Source: Azolla caroliniana (Eukaryota; Plantae; Polypodiophyta). Taken from it: a stretch of DNA of 64,000 bases. A program made the translations under genes and the position numbers. Numbering within the stretch: position 1 is the first letter of the stretch; the number at the start of each line of letters is the position of its first letter. The notes below the pieces were generated by a model. The model searched no databases. It saw nothing but the letters and a program-made list of their open reading frames with translations, and was not told the DNA's origin. Shown here in pieces: positions 23,619 through 35,696 of the stretch. Location: positions 2,046,001-2,110,000 of the forward strand of contig JBHGNT010000006.1 of NCBI GenBank assembly GCA_043228905.1, read 5' to 3'.

Positions 23619-26318
23619 ATGGCTGCTGGTTCATCATCTTTCTTCACTCTTAACATTGTGTTGGCTTTATTATCGACTTCCTTTTCCTCTGCACAAAGCT
23701 CAAGCTACATAACTCGGGATAACCACCTTATTGCATGTGGGAGCACAAGTGAAGCTATCGACTCCGATGGCCGAAAGTGGGTGGGTGATGCATCACCTTC
23801 CGCTCTACACTACCTAACCAAAAGTAATACATCAGTGGGAGCATCTACTACTATGCAAAACCCTAATCTTCCTAGCGTAGTTCCCTTTCTCAGTGCTAGA
23901 ATCTTCACATCCCAAGCATCATATACCTTCCCAGTGACACCAGGGAGGCATTGGCTTCGCCTCTATTTCTACCCTTTTTCCTATATGGACTATGATCCGA
24001 ACAATGCGATCGTGAGTGTCCAGTTCAAATCTTACTCTCTCATCAATAACATGAGCATTGTGCGAGAAATGCAAGCCCTTAATTACTACTTCATCATGAA
24101 GGAATATTCTATCAATGTGACCTCGTCCCAATTCACGGTGAACTTCATTCCAGGTAAAGCTAAGGATGCATTTGCTATGGTGAATGGGATAGAATTAATG
24201 TCGATGCCAGATGATCTATTTCATGATACAATGAAAGATGTTGATTTACAACTTATCACATCTTTCCCCATGAGTAGCTCTATATTGGAAACTATGCATA
24301 GGGTGAACATGGGTGGCCAATCTATAAAAGCGATCGATGATGATTTGTCTAGGAACTGGGTCAATGATATGCGCTATATTCCTACGGCAGCAACAGGGGT
24401 TACAGACTCCACAACACACTCTATTGTTTATGAAGATTTGAATGGTTATATTGCTCCTCAAGAAGTTTACCGGACAGCCCGAACTATGACGAATGATAAT
24501 AATGTGAATATGAACTTCAATCTGACATGGAGGTTTCGAGTAGTACCTGGATTCACCTATTATGTTCGGCTCCATTTCTGCGAATTTGAAAAGGCATTGA
24601 TAAATGAGAGAGTTTTTGACGTCTTTATCAATGCACAAGTTGCTGAAACAACCTTTGATGTGATTGCAAAGGCAATGGTGGAATACAATACTAAAGCATC
24701 TGAATACTATGCTCTCGTGGTGGACTATGCCACCAACATTCCAAGATCTGAAGCATGGGATGGTAGCGAGATTACCCTCGCACTTCATCCGAATAATAGC
24801 ACCAAGCCATATAGGCTTGATGCAATATTGAATGGTTTGGAAATATTCAAGATGAATGATTCTACTGGTAACTTGCAAGGACCTCCTCCACTTCCTCCCC
24901 TCGAGGCAAGTAGGCCCATGGTTCGGTCACATTCTTCTTATACCTCACATGTACGAGGAGGCTTTAAAAATGCAATGCTTATCGGAGGAGTTGGAATAGG
25001 AGCTGTGTTATTTGTAGCATTGTGTATTGTGTGTATCTATGCTCGGAAAAAGAAGAGCTTGAACTCATCACCAATATGGCTTACTCTACCTCCTCCAACC
25101 GGAGGTAATTCTGCTTCCTTGATTAGCAAGAGCTCCGATCCCAAGAGTGGAGCTGGAAGCTATGCATCCTCGACACCCTCCAACTTAAGCCGATACTTCA
25201 CTTTCGTTGAGATTTTGGGTATAACAAACAACTTTGATGATAAGAGAGTCTTAGGGGTAGGAGGATTTGGTAAAGTCTATGAAGGAAAGCTTGATGATGG
25301 GACAAAAGTCGCCGTGAAGCGCGCAAACCCGACCTCTGAACAAGGTGTTACCGAGTTCCAAACGGAGATAGAGATGTTATCGAAGCTTCGGCATAAGCAT
25401 CTTGTTTCGCTGGTCGGCTACTGCGAAGAGAATGGGGAAATGATTCTTGTCTATGATTGCATGGCCAATGGGCCTCTGAGAGGCCATCTTTATGGTACGA
25501 ATCGACCCCCTCTGTCCTGGAAACAAAGGCTTGATATATGCATTGGAGCAGCCCGTGGCATTCACTATTTGCACACTGGGGCAACACAAAGCATCATACA
25601 TAGGGATGTGAAGAGTACAAATATACTTCTCGATGAGAAGCTTGTTGCCAAAGTATCGGATTTCGGGTTATCTAAAATTGGGCCTACGCTCGATCGAAGC
25701 CATGTGAGCACAGCTGTGAAAGGAAGCTTTGGGTATCTAGATCCAGAGTATTTCCGAAGGCAGCTCCTAACCGAGAAGTCTGATGTATACTCATTTGGAG
25801 TGCTATTGATGGAGGTTTTGTGTGCTAGGCCAGTGATCAATCCTAGCTTACCTAGAGAAAATATCAACCTTGCTGAATGGGCTATGAAGTGGCAAAGGTT
25901 AGGGTGTTTATACGAGATTATTGATCCATATCTCAAGGAGAAAATCAATCGAGAATCATTGAAGAAATTTGCTGAAACGGCTGAAAAGTGTCTCAAGGAT
26001 GTGGGTCATGAGAGACCCACTATGGGGGATGTGCTTTGGAACTTGGAATATGCTTTACAACTCCATGAGTATTCGATGGAGAAAGCTCTTGATGAGAGCA
26101 ATCCTCAAGTTATGGAAATATCGCTTCACATACAAATGAGCGATTTCGACGACAGTTCCGAAGAAGTCAAGGACAAAAACAGCTCCGATCAGAGTCGTGG
26201 TAGTATCACTAGAAGAACTCAGAATCTGATGAGCGACGAAGAAGAAAAAGAAGATGATTCAGATGATACTTCCACAAGTGCTGTGTTCTCCCAAAGAATC
26301 AATCCCCAAGGAAGGTAA
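23619..26318 (+). CDS. CrRLK1L-family malectin-like receptor kinase (THESEUS1/FERONIA-like), intronless CDS, ~899 aa
   Basis: Signal peptide MAAGSSSFFTLNIVLALLSTSFSSAQ. Malectin-like motifs LIACG, ARIF, GRHWLRLYFYP, HRVNMGG, APQEVYRTAR, YYVRLHFCE, AILNGLEIFK. One TM helix. Intact kinase (GVGGFGKVY, VAVKR, HRDVKSTNILL, DFG, GSFGYLDPEY) and family-typical end VFSQRINPQGR. The ATG at 23514 probably lies in a 5'UTR intron (23347-23583). Confidence 0.95.
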   Translation: MAAGSSSFFTLNIVLALLSTSFSSAQSSSYITRDNHLIACGSTSEAIDSDGRKWVGDASPSALHYLTKSNTSVGASTTMQNPNLPSVVPFLSARIFTSQASYTFPVTPGRHWLRLYFYPFSYMDYDPNNAIVSVQFKSYSLINNMSIVREMQALNYYFIMKEYSINVTSSQFTVNFIPGKAKDAFAMVNGIELMSMPDDLFHDTMKDVDLQLITSFPMSSSILETMHRVNMGGQSIKAIDDDLSRNWVNDMRYIPTAATGVTDSTTHSIVYEDLNGYIAPQEVYRTARTMTNDNNVNMNFNLTWRFRVVPGFTYYVRLHFCEFEKALINERVFDVFINAQVAETTFDVIAKAMVEYNTKASEYYALVVDYATNIPRSEAWDGSEITLALHPNNSTKPYRLDAILNGLEIFKMNDSTGNLQGPPPLPPLEASRPMVRSHSSYTSHVRGGFKNAMLIGGVGIGAVLFVALCIVCIYARKKKSLNSSPIWLTLPPPTGGNSASLISKSSDPKSGAGSYASSTPSNLSRYFTFVEILGITNNFDDKRVLGVGGFGKVYEGKLDDGTKVAVKRANPTSEQGVTEFQTEIEMLSKLRHKHLVSLVGYCEENGEMILVYDCMANGPLRGHLYGTNRPPLSWKQRLDICIGAARGIHYLHTGATQSIIHRDVKSTNILLDEKLVAKVSDFGLSKIGPTLDRSHVSTAVKGSFGYLDPEYFRRQLLTEKSDVYSFGVLLMEVLCARPVINPSLPRENINLAEWAMKWQRLGCLYEIIDPYLKEKINRESLKKFAETAEKCLKDVGHERPTMGDVLWNLEYALQLHEYSMEKALDESNPQVMEISLHIQMSDFDDSSEEVKDKNSSDQSRGSITRRTQNLMSDEEEKEDDSDDTSTSAVFSQRINPQGR

Positions 26319-28388
26319 TAGACACTAATAAATCCTCAAGAAAGTTAGTTGACACTCTATATTGTGAATGAGTCAAGAGGGTCAATATAGCAATTTACTC
26401 TCGAAGAGTCAAGCTGGTCAAAATGGCATTTGGTTGTCAAACATTCGGGATGGTCAAGATGCCACTTCGGTACTTCAAGGGAAGAAGATACTTTATTGTG
26501 AAAGAGTCATATTTCAAGGAAGATGAGGGGGGTTCATCTTCAAAACATGTCAAGAAGAGTCAATCCTCGAGGAGCACTTTTACTATGAAAGAGTCAGTAG
26601 TCAAGGAGAATAAGAAGACATTTTTACTCTCAATCCTCGTCTTCCGGAAGAATCAATCCGGGTATTACATACACATACATGTACAACGGATGATACACAC
26701 ATATACACGTACATGTACAATTTTACAGTTGTTGAGACATCCAAATACACACTCAACAAAAACATAGAGAAAGATTGGTAGTTACTTGTGTTGCTACAAT
26801 TTGCTAAACCTTCTATCAAACCTCATGGGGTTGTTGTCTAAATTTCTATTTTGTTTGTGCATTGTATTGCTCATTTGACAATGGCAATGGAATTTGTAAA
26901 CCAATGAGTTGTGTTTGATTGTTGCCTTAATTCTTTATATGTCATATGTGGATCTTGGCATGTTTGAGACTTGGAAAATCTTGATTGGTATATAATTTCT
27001 CAAAAAAATAAGCATCCTTTTAGTATTTACAACAAAAACTGTTGTCATTCAATACCATAAGCATTTGAAGTCTTGTTTAGAGGATCCCTCTAATGGCACA
27101 ATCAAGCAACATGGCCCCAATTATGAGTTTGATGAGTTTGGTATTATTTGTTTTTATAACCAAAATCATGGCACGCTTATGCTTTCTCTTTATGACCAAT
27201 TGGTCCTCTCCTCTTTATATTTATCAAATAGGCATGTAGTGCAAGCTATGGTGCAACCTAAAATACATGATTTTTGCATTGGCTTATGTAGAATGGTCAA
27301 TGCCTTAGTTTAAATAACGTTGAATAATGCAATGAGGACATTCCTTGGTTGCAATTTAAACCACTAAGTAATGTACAATGTTATGTGATCTCATGTGGCA
27401 ACAATCTTGATGCAATGAAATAAAATAGATATTGAATGATACATTGATATGAAGCTACACTAGAGTAACATGGATGGAGGAGATTTAATAATTTCCTTGA
27501 GATGAGGAGCATCACAAATGTTGGGGATTGATAAAAACCTACTCATTCGATGTGATATATTGGTCCTGACTCCTAGCACAAGGGATTGCATGAATGCTCA
27601 AGACACTCGGAGGGAAACCGTTACGCTAATATGAAGAGTATTGTTGACTATTTCCGTTAATATTAACCCCATAGTACAAGTGCACCCTAAAAACAACAAT
27701 GATGATGATGATGAAATTTTCCTTTGTAAACATGGTCTCTCTATGATGTGCAATATATTCACAAGAGTATTCTCCATTAATGCCTTTATTTTCGTCAAAT
27801 GTTATGAAGCTTTTGTTATTTCCTCGATCACTCAGGATTGGCTTCCTAAGAGAGGGCTAAGGGGGAATACATGACTATATATGCTCCAATAGAATGCATA
27901 ATCGAGGAAAATGGGACAAACGAGACCATGTTATATCCTCGAATACTCTCTGTTTTTCAAGGTGAGCTCAATAAAATAACATGTAGTGAAAAATCAATCC
28001 ATTTTCTCGACAAGATAATGAGCCCGCATCAATAGTAACCAACAGAGAACACATGCCAAAACGTCGGGGTTCTTTCTAAAATCGAAGAGCAATGCTGCAT
28101 TTGGAGAATGAGTAAGTAATGACACAATACATACACATGTCAATGGCTCATGTAAATAAATGTATAGAAGAACGCTACGGGGGGATATCGTTGGAATAAG
28201 TTTTCTAATTTGACTTAATATAATCTCGAATATACCCTCGCAATATGTACATATGTACACATATAACATGCATATTTATATTTATATTTATCGATGATAA
28301 AATCGTAGAAAGTTCTAGACACACACACATCCGTTCACGCCCGCACATACATTATTCACTTACACAGAGCAGACAAGGAAGCAACGCC

Positions 28389-30991
28389 ATGGCTGCCCTA
28401 TCTGCTGCGTCAATTTTTACTTCTAACACTCTCTCCTCGACTTTCTTACCTCCTACTTCCCTGTCTGTCTCTGCCACACGATTCTCGTCAGCTCGAGGTA
28501 AGATTCTTAACGTAATTCCTTCTTATGGTAAGAACGTTCTTCAGATGCCTGCTTCCTTTCTCTCCTTGGTAACAAATTACAATATTCTTCACATGAATGT
28601 CTTTCTTCTCTATTTTTCATTTAGTATATTTTGTCTTTCACTAGGTGTGTATAAAGCATAATCATGTAGATATCATTTTTCTCTTGGTAGACTTTTTTTC
28701 TTAGAGAGGAATTGTAAGATTTTTTTCTTCCCCTCAGAGCCCCCGCATTCTTCACCTCTTACTATGCACGTTTTCTTCTTCCTTCTTGTGTAACCTTCTT
28801 CAGGTTCATCTTTTTTTTTTCCATTTGCAAATATTCTTTTTTCTTTAATGGTATTTTTTTCCAGATACATGTTGTTCCCTTCAAGAAAATATTTTTCGAT
28901 TGTTTCTGAGGCATTTCCTTTCTTGCAGTTCTGGAGAGGTCTCTAACATTGTCTTCTTCAAAGGCTTCTTCTTATCGATTGAATGGGATTCTTTCTGTTT
29001 CTGCCGTAGTAAAGGATGTTGACATTTCTAAGGTATTTAGCTCAACATTTCATCCACTCATCTATCCATCCATTTTTTCCTGTTGAGATTTCTTCTAGTA
29101 AGAGTACTGATGTCTCATCTCATTTTTCCTGGTGAATGTAATTGTAGTAAGAAAGAAAGAAAGTAATGTCTCAAAGATATTTAATTAGATCCGAGTTACT
29201 TCTCATTTTTGTGAACGAAAAAGCATATTAACATATATAGTATTAAGAAGATTAATTCTCCTGTTTTGTCCTCAGGTTGTGCCACAGGCAGATAGAGTCC
29301 TTGTAAAACTGGAGGAGCTTCCCGAGGTAACAACACTTTACTAGATTTTTATGCATAACCGTAAATTGAGCACATGCAGTTTAGAGAATTGTGTGAAATA
29401 CTGTTTGTGGTCTTGCAGCTGAACTGGGAAAATGCCACTTTCATATATATCAATAATAAGATCAGTATTTAGTAATTTTCCTCCAAAAATCAATTTCTTT
29501 GCCATTCGTGAGGATATGATTTTGTACAATAAATTTTGTTTGAATATAGTAGAGTTTTGTATTTTACTCCCTATATATAAGTACCACCAAATAACCAGCA
29601 AGCTGAAACTGCAATGACATTTTAGTGAATTGAAGCACTGTTTTCCTGGATACTGTCACTATTTGTTTAAAGTTTTTAAAGCTCTTCCAAAACACATGCA
29701 GAGAAATCTTGCACATAATATTCTTTTTTTTCTTTTTTTTACCGTATTTTGCTTCCCTTAATAGTAGTAAATCCAACCAGAAACTGGTATTTTTGTTTCT
29801 AAGGACGCCATTCCTTTATTTTTAATCCTTAACCAAAAACCATATGTCTAGAGAAATGTAGCTCACTATATAAATGTTCGTGCTATTCACTTTTGGACAT
29901 TAGTGTCCTAGTGATAAATTTGTGTTCTGATAATATTATTGTCGCTTCCAATGATGTGTTTACTTGATTTTCTCCATCACAAATGTAGCTCACTATATTA
30001 ATGTTCGTGCTATTCACATTGGGACATTACTGTCCTAGTAATAAATTTGTGTTCTTATAATATTATGTTCGCTTCTAATGATGTGTTTGCTTGATCACTC
30101 TTAATAATTAGCTCAAGAAGGGATTTTTATCTGTATGTTTGGCACTGTATATTTTGTTCCCCCTATCACAAGAAAGGATATGCGTTTCAGTTTAATGAGA
30201 TGTTTGTTTGCGATGGGAAAACAAGATTAATGATGAAAAATGGAAGCTTCATATTTACAAGGCTAAATTGTATATATGTGATAACCATCTCTCCTTGACA
30301 TAGAAGTCTCATTAAATATGGGAGAAAAGAAACTAGCCAAGGTCATTGCAAAATTTTCAACATCTTTCCTTAAAGTGAGGTTTATTCTCTGCTAGTGGAT
30401 ATGAATTTATGCATTTGAATTATGTTCGCAGAAGTCTGTTGGTGGAGTATTGCTACCCAAGTCAGCTGTCAAGTTTGAGCACTATCTTTGTGGAGAGGTA
30501 AGACTTTCTAGGTGCACAGTTATTGTGGTGATGTACTGAGACTTTGATCTTCATATGTTCATGTGTAAATTGGGTAGATGACTTGATGGATCAATGCATG
30601 TTGAAGATTATTGATAATTGAGAGCATTATGTTTAAAATATTTTCACTAAGATATTTTGGATTAACCATCAGGTTGTATCTGTCGGTAAAGAAGCTGTAT
30701 CAGTAAGCGCAGGTCAAAAGGTATGCCATAATATGACACCTGCCTGGAGCTACTTTAATCAAGCTGAATTAAATCTAACTCATGATTTATTCTTGTTTAC
30801 CCTAGGTGCTTTTCTCTGATATGAATGCCTATGAGGTAAGTATAGCATGTGTGGTGGTCTTAAACATGTATCCTTGCTTCTTATCTTGGTTTTTCATTTG
30901 AGTACTTGGTTTCACTTTGTAGATAAATCTTGGGACGGTTGAGAAATTATGCTTTGTTAAAGCTGCAGATCTACTGGCTTTTGTAGAGTGA
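28389..30991 (+). CDS. CPN10: Chloroplast 10 kDa co-chaperonin (GroES family), 7 exons, 158 aa
   Basis: Exons 28389-28497, 28929-29032, 29276-29326, 30432-30497, 30673-30720, 30806-30835, 30923-30991. Ser-rich transit peptide, then VVPQADRVLVKLEELPE/KSVGGVLLPKSAVKFEHYLCGE/VVSVGKEAVSVSAGQK/VLFSDMNAYE/INLGTVEKLCFVKAADLLAFVE*. Confidence 0.94.
29854..30095. repeat. Tandem duplication with 127-bp period in CPN10 intron 3
   Basis: aaatgtagctcactata..aatgttcgtgctattcac...aatgatgtgttt at 29854 and 29981. Confidence 0.92.
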
Positions 30992-31734
30992 AAGCAGATG
31001 AAGCTTTATGAGTTGCAATTTTGATAATGTAGCAGTTTTTATTTAGCTTATAGTTGACACTCAGGAAATATTTAAAAGATTGGAGTCAGTGTCTGATGGT
31101 ATTCAGGATTTCTGGCTTGTTTGTAATTTTCAATTCTTTTGATCAAAGAATATACCTTGCCATTCTCACTTTCTTCAAACTGTTCCAAGTTCTAGCTTTT
31201 CTACAGTGGGAAACTTGTGAGTTATTATGTAGTGATTTGCTTTCTTCATAGACAAGTTTTGAAGTGATAAGCAATAAATATCTCCCTTGTTCTTCAGTAC
31301 CAACCTATATGGGAGTAGTTTGTCATTTTTTCTTACACGGTTTCTCTTGTTCTTCAGTACCATCTTAGTAGTGTTGTGTAGTTGATGATGTTAATTCGAT
31401 ATACATTCATTCTTTTATGATGTAGATTATGAACAGTACTTCGTCATAATCCATTCAGACATCTTTTGATCAAGTGAATCCACGAAATATTGGGTATTTT
31501 AATATCCTAACACAGCTCATTTGGCAATCCCTGGTAGTGTATCTATAAAAAATGAACAGCAATTAGGTTGGAATTTTGCTGCTTACAACTGTCCATCTTT
31601 CTCCAACTAAATAATTTTCTTATCCAACTCGTTATATTAACACTAACTATTATTAATATGATTTGTACTAACACTTAATAGTATTATCATAATTTGCCAG
31701 TAACAGAAGGGTGTGATGAAGAAGGTAGAATTGA

Positions 31735-32007
31735 CTATATGAAAGTGTATGTAGATATAGACTAGTTCATATCCATAACCTTGGGAAGATAGAGTAGGCT
31801 GTGGCTATATGAAAGTATATATAGGTAGAGGCTCTCTAGCTTCCACTTGAGGTGTGAACCTCACTTTCTATTGCATAACCACCACAAGATTTTCAACTGT
31901 AAGAGTAGCCATTAATAGGTTGCTATATGGAAGTGTATGTAGATAGAGGCTAGTCCATATCCGTAACCTTGGAAAGATAGAGTAGGGTATGGCTATATGA
32001 AAGTATA
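31735..32007. repeat. Direct repeat (~85 bp, 188-bp spacing)
   Basis: ctatatg(a/g)aagtgtatgtagata...catatcc.taaccttgg.aagatagagtagg..tggctatatgaaagtata at 31735 and 31923. Confidence 0.85.
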
Positions 32008-32099
32008 AATTATAAGTAGCGGTTCTCTTGCTTCTAATTGTCCTATGACCCTCATATTCCATTGCATTGCAACCACAAGATTTTCTGCCTTTGTAGTAA

Positions 32100-32210
32100 C
32101 CACTATTATGGTTTCATCCCTCTCTCTCTCTCTAACCACGGTTCTCCCAATTTCTTTTGGATCCTTGGTTGGTTTTAGAAGTCTTGTGCTTGCCACTATT
32201 ATGGTTTCTT

Positions 32211-32257
<47 letters not shown>

Positions 32258-32313
32258 ACCATGGTTCTCCCAATTTCTTTAGGATCCTTGGCTGGTTTTA
32301 GAAGTCTTGTGCT
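32100..32313. repeat. Tandem duplication containing a (CT)n tract expanded in the second copy
   Basis: ccactattatggtttc-(CT)n-taacca.ggttctcccaatttcttt.ggatccttgg.tggttttagaagtcttgtgctt at 32100 and 32193. Confidence 0.9.
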
Positions 32314-32499
32314 TCTTCGAATCTCTTTCCTATGCTCGGCTTAATGGGAACAATACTTGAAATCCACTTTTTTCCTTGACCAAATTTCATCCATTCATTA
32401 ATCACTATATCATGATTTTCCCAACCATCCCATTGTTGTTGCTAAGTGGATGAGAGAGAGACAGAGAGAAACTTTGTTTTGGTTGTGACTTCTCGCTCT

Positions 32500-32970
32500 C
32501 ATTGTTACAACAATTGCTCTTTCATAGGCCTCTTGGACCAACCCCATGAACTCTTAAAGTTAATTCATACTACCCTCATGTCGTATTCCACCTACATTGT
32601 GTTTACTTTCAAACCATACGATAGTTGTTGAATTCACATACATGTTCTAACCTAAGATTTGTTTGTTGGAGATGTTGACACTTTTGGTGATATTGAGGTA
32701 ATTTTGCTTGTGGCCCATGCACAAAACGTAATGAATCATCATGGGCTCTCACCTTTCTCGCTTATCTCATAAAGGAGAGTGCTCATAATCTTCTTTGACT
32801 TGAATCACTGCTCTCTACTTTCAAAGATGTTTTCGTTGAACAATTTGCACTTAAAAATGATGGTTTGTGCCACCACCAAATTGGACAAGATTCTAATTAA
32901 TTATGAACTTTTAGCAAAAGTTTCAATCCCAGGGAACAATCCCTATTCAGTATGACCATGTGTGTTAACC
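32500..32970 (+). mobile_element. Possible highly decayed Ty3/gypsy protease-RT linker remnant
   Basis: Short segments LLSTFKDVF (~32810), CHHQI and IPGNNP resemble the FxDVF...DHxI...PGxxP linker. Otherwise unreadable. Confidence 0.25.
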
Positions 32971-33478
32971 TATTTGAAGCATATATTCTCATTGTAGTCA
33001 ATTGTTGCAAAATTGGTCGGTGGTCGACGAGGTGAACCGTGCATGAAGGAAGGGGCAATTTATCCATTGGCACAATAAATAGACTTTTGAGGTAAAAAAG
33101 CAAGGTGCGGTTGGTTGATTTAGTCACGACTCACAACTACTCTTCATGGTGCTAATGTTGTTGGATTTGCATAAATGGGCTGCTAGTAAATGCAAGAGAA
33201 TATTGCAATTTGCCAGTAAATATTATGAGAGAATACTCTCTTGTGTAGCAGAATAACTCGTTAACATATTATTCAGACAATACCCTTTTGTGCATATTTA
33301 GGGTGGGGGGTACTCTAGTAATTGTTGAAAACTTAAGGACGTGTGAAATTTTCGAAAGTTAAAAAACACATTCCCTCCTCTTCATCTTCTTTTTCCTCCC
33401 AATTTTTTTGAAGTCTTATTGTTTCATAGATTGAAAAGTGCAGACGAATTCTCTGTCTTTCTTCTTCTTCATCTGGCT

Positions 33479-35696
33479 ATGGCGATGAAACCTCCAACCG
33501 CGGAGATTTCCCCTCACACCAAGCCTCGAATCATCTTGGCCGCAAGCGGTAGCGTTGCGGCGATTAAGTTCGGGATCCTGGCAGACAGCCTCTCAGATTG
33601 GGCAGAAGTTAGGGCAGTTGCCACCAAATCGGCTCTTCACTTCATCGATCGCGTCTCTCTCCCACCTTCTGTGAAGCTATACACAGACGAAGATGAATGG
33701 TCGAGCTGGAGCAAGATAGGAGACGATGTTCTGCATATCGAGCTTCGGAAATGGGCCGACGCCATGGTCGTCGCGCCTCTGTCTGCCAACACGCTTGCTA
33801 AGGTCAGATATCTCTTTATCATTTTAGACTGTAAGAAATGCCTTCTCTTTACCGCTTATCTCTAGGTCGTTGGTTGTGTAGAATATAAGAAATAGTTTCT
33901 ATTTAATCTTATCTAAAACATGCTTATCTAGACTATACGAAATGCGTATGTTTTACCGCTCCTCTAAGTCGTTTATTATATTAATACTGAGATATTCCTT
34001 TCTTATTCTTGCATATGAAGAACGTTTCTTGATTAGAATGTTGAGAAAGAAATTTTCTTTAGTGCTTATCAACCAGGCTTGGAGCTATTTTAGACTGTAA
34101 GAATACATTTCTCTCGTGCTCATCCACTTATTTCTAGATTTGAACCTATTTTTCGATTTTCTTTAAGAATACATTTATCTCGTGCCTTTTCTTTAATTCT
34201 TATATAGATCCCTTTTTCATACTTTTGGCATCTTGTTTCATCCTTGAATGATTGCTAAGGTTACGAATCTCAACCTCTTTAGGCTGTCATTCTGCTTATT
34301 GCTTTTCTGCGGTAATCTTGATTCATTGTTCTGAGTTCATCGTTTTTCTTGCTCTCGACCTTTTGAGATGGTAATAAATTCCTTGTTTTATTGCTTATCT
34401 AGATTGTTTCTTCTTTACTGTAATTTTGTTTATGTTGAATATAGAAGTATTTATTTTATAAGAATAAAGTGAACATGGTATGTAAATACCATGATTCCCT
34501 ATATACCTTTCCCTAAATCTTTGTCATTGTTTTAAATGTGAATGTTTTAGACCGCAAATACCTTAATTTTCTTGCTATATCTTGTTTTGGTTAATCTGGA
34601 AAGCATTCTTATCTTAGATCATTGCATACCTGCTGTAATCTTGTCTCAATTTTAAACATTTCATTTTTGTGTTATATCGATAATAGCTAATGGAAATATA
34701 CTACTGATATTACTTTGTTGCTTATTCCCTGCGATCTTGTTTCATTATTTTTTGGTGCACGCTTCTTGTGACTTCCCTGCAAAATACCTTGCTAAGGTGA
34801 AACGTTCATGTTTATAGGCAATAAATGGCTTATTTTTCTGTATATCCTGTTAATTTCTTGCTTGATGTAAGCTTGGTTTCTTTATTTCATATGCATGTGT
34901 ATCTAGATTACTGCTTTTTTGTTCTGTTCTTTTGAGTGCATATCCACCTCATCATATCTAGTTGCATTTGGCCTCTAACAATGGTTATCTACAGACAACA
35001 TAACACTTCTCTTGACAGCCTCAATGGCTATGTTCTCAAATGGATGTCACGAAAAGCTATTTATGGTTTTGAGCTTTTGAGAGAGAGAGAGAGAGAGAGA
35101 GTCTGTGGGGTGTAGATTTTGTAAAGTTTTGTGGAATCTGAGCTGATAATCTGCAAGGTTCTCTAGGATTATCTGGAAATTTCAGTATTTCCTAACAATC
35201 AGAAGAGAGGAAGAAAAAATCAAGAGTTTTTTCTGTTCACTGTGATTTTTTAGGACATTTAAAGATCATATACAAGAAGGCTTTAAAATTTCCATCATGT
35301 ATTTGTTTTTTAATTCCTCGACCTTTCTACACCTGTATAGAACCTTGTTTCCTTCAAAATCTCTCATTCTGGATTGTCTAACTGTTTATGCAGGTTGGGA
35401 GTGGCTTATGTGACAACCTTCTGACATGCATCATTCGGGCTTGGGATTACTCAAAACCAGTATTTGTTGCTCCAGCAATGAATACGTTCATGTGGGACAA
35501 TCCTTTCACTCAAAAGCACCTTGATCAAGTCAAAGATTTAGGGTTTTTAATCATATCTCCGATTACAAAGAAATTGGCATGTGGAGATTATGGTAATGGT
35601 GCCATGGCGGAACCTTCAGTCATAGACTCAACATTGAGGCTTTCAATGCATAATCGGCTTTCCCAAGTCAAGCCCATGGTCTTGGATTCAATTTAA
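33479..35696 (+). CDS. HAL3: Phosphopantothenoylcysteine decarboxylase (HAL3-like flavoprotein, CoA biosynthesis), 2 exons, 208 aa
   Basis: Exons 33479-33802 and 35394-35696. Motifs AASGSVAAIK, VLHIELRKWAD (catalytic His), APLSANTLAK, GLCDNLLTCIIRAWD, APAMNTFMW, LACGDYGNGAM (catalytic Cys). Confidence 0.96.
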
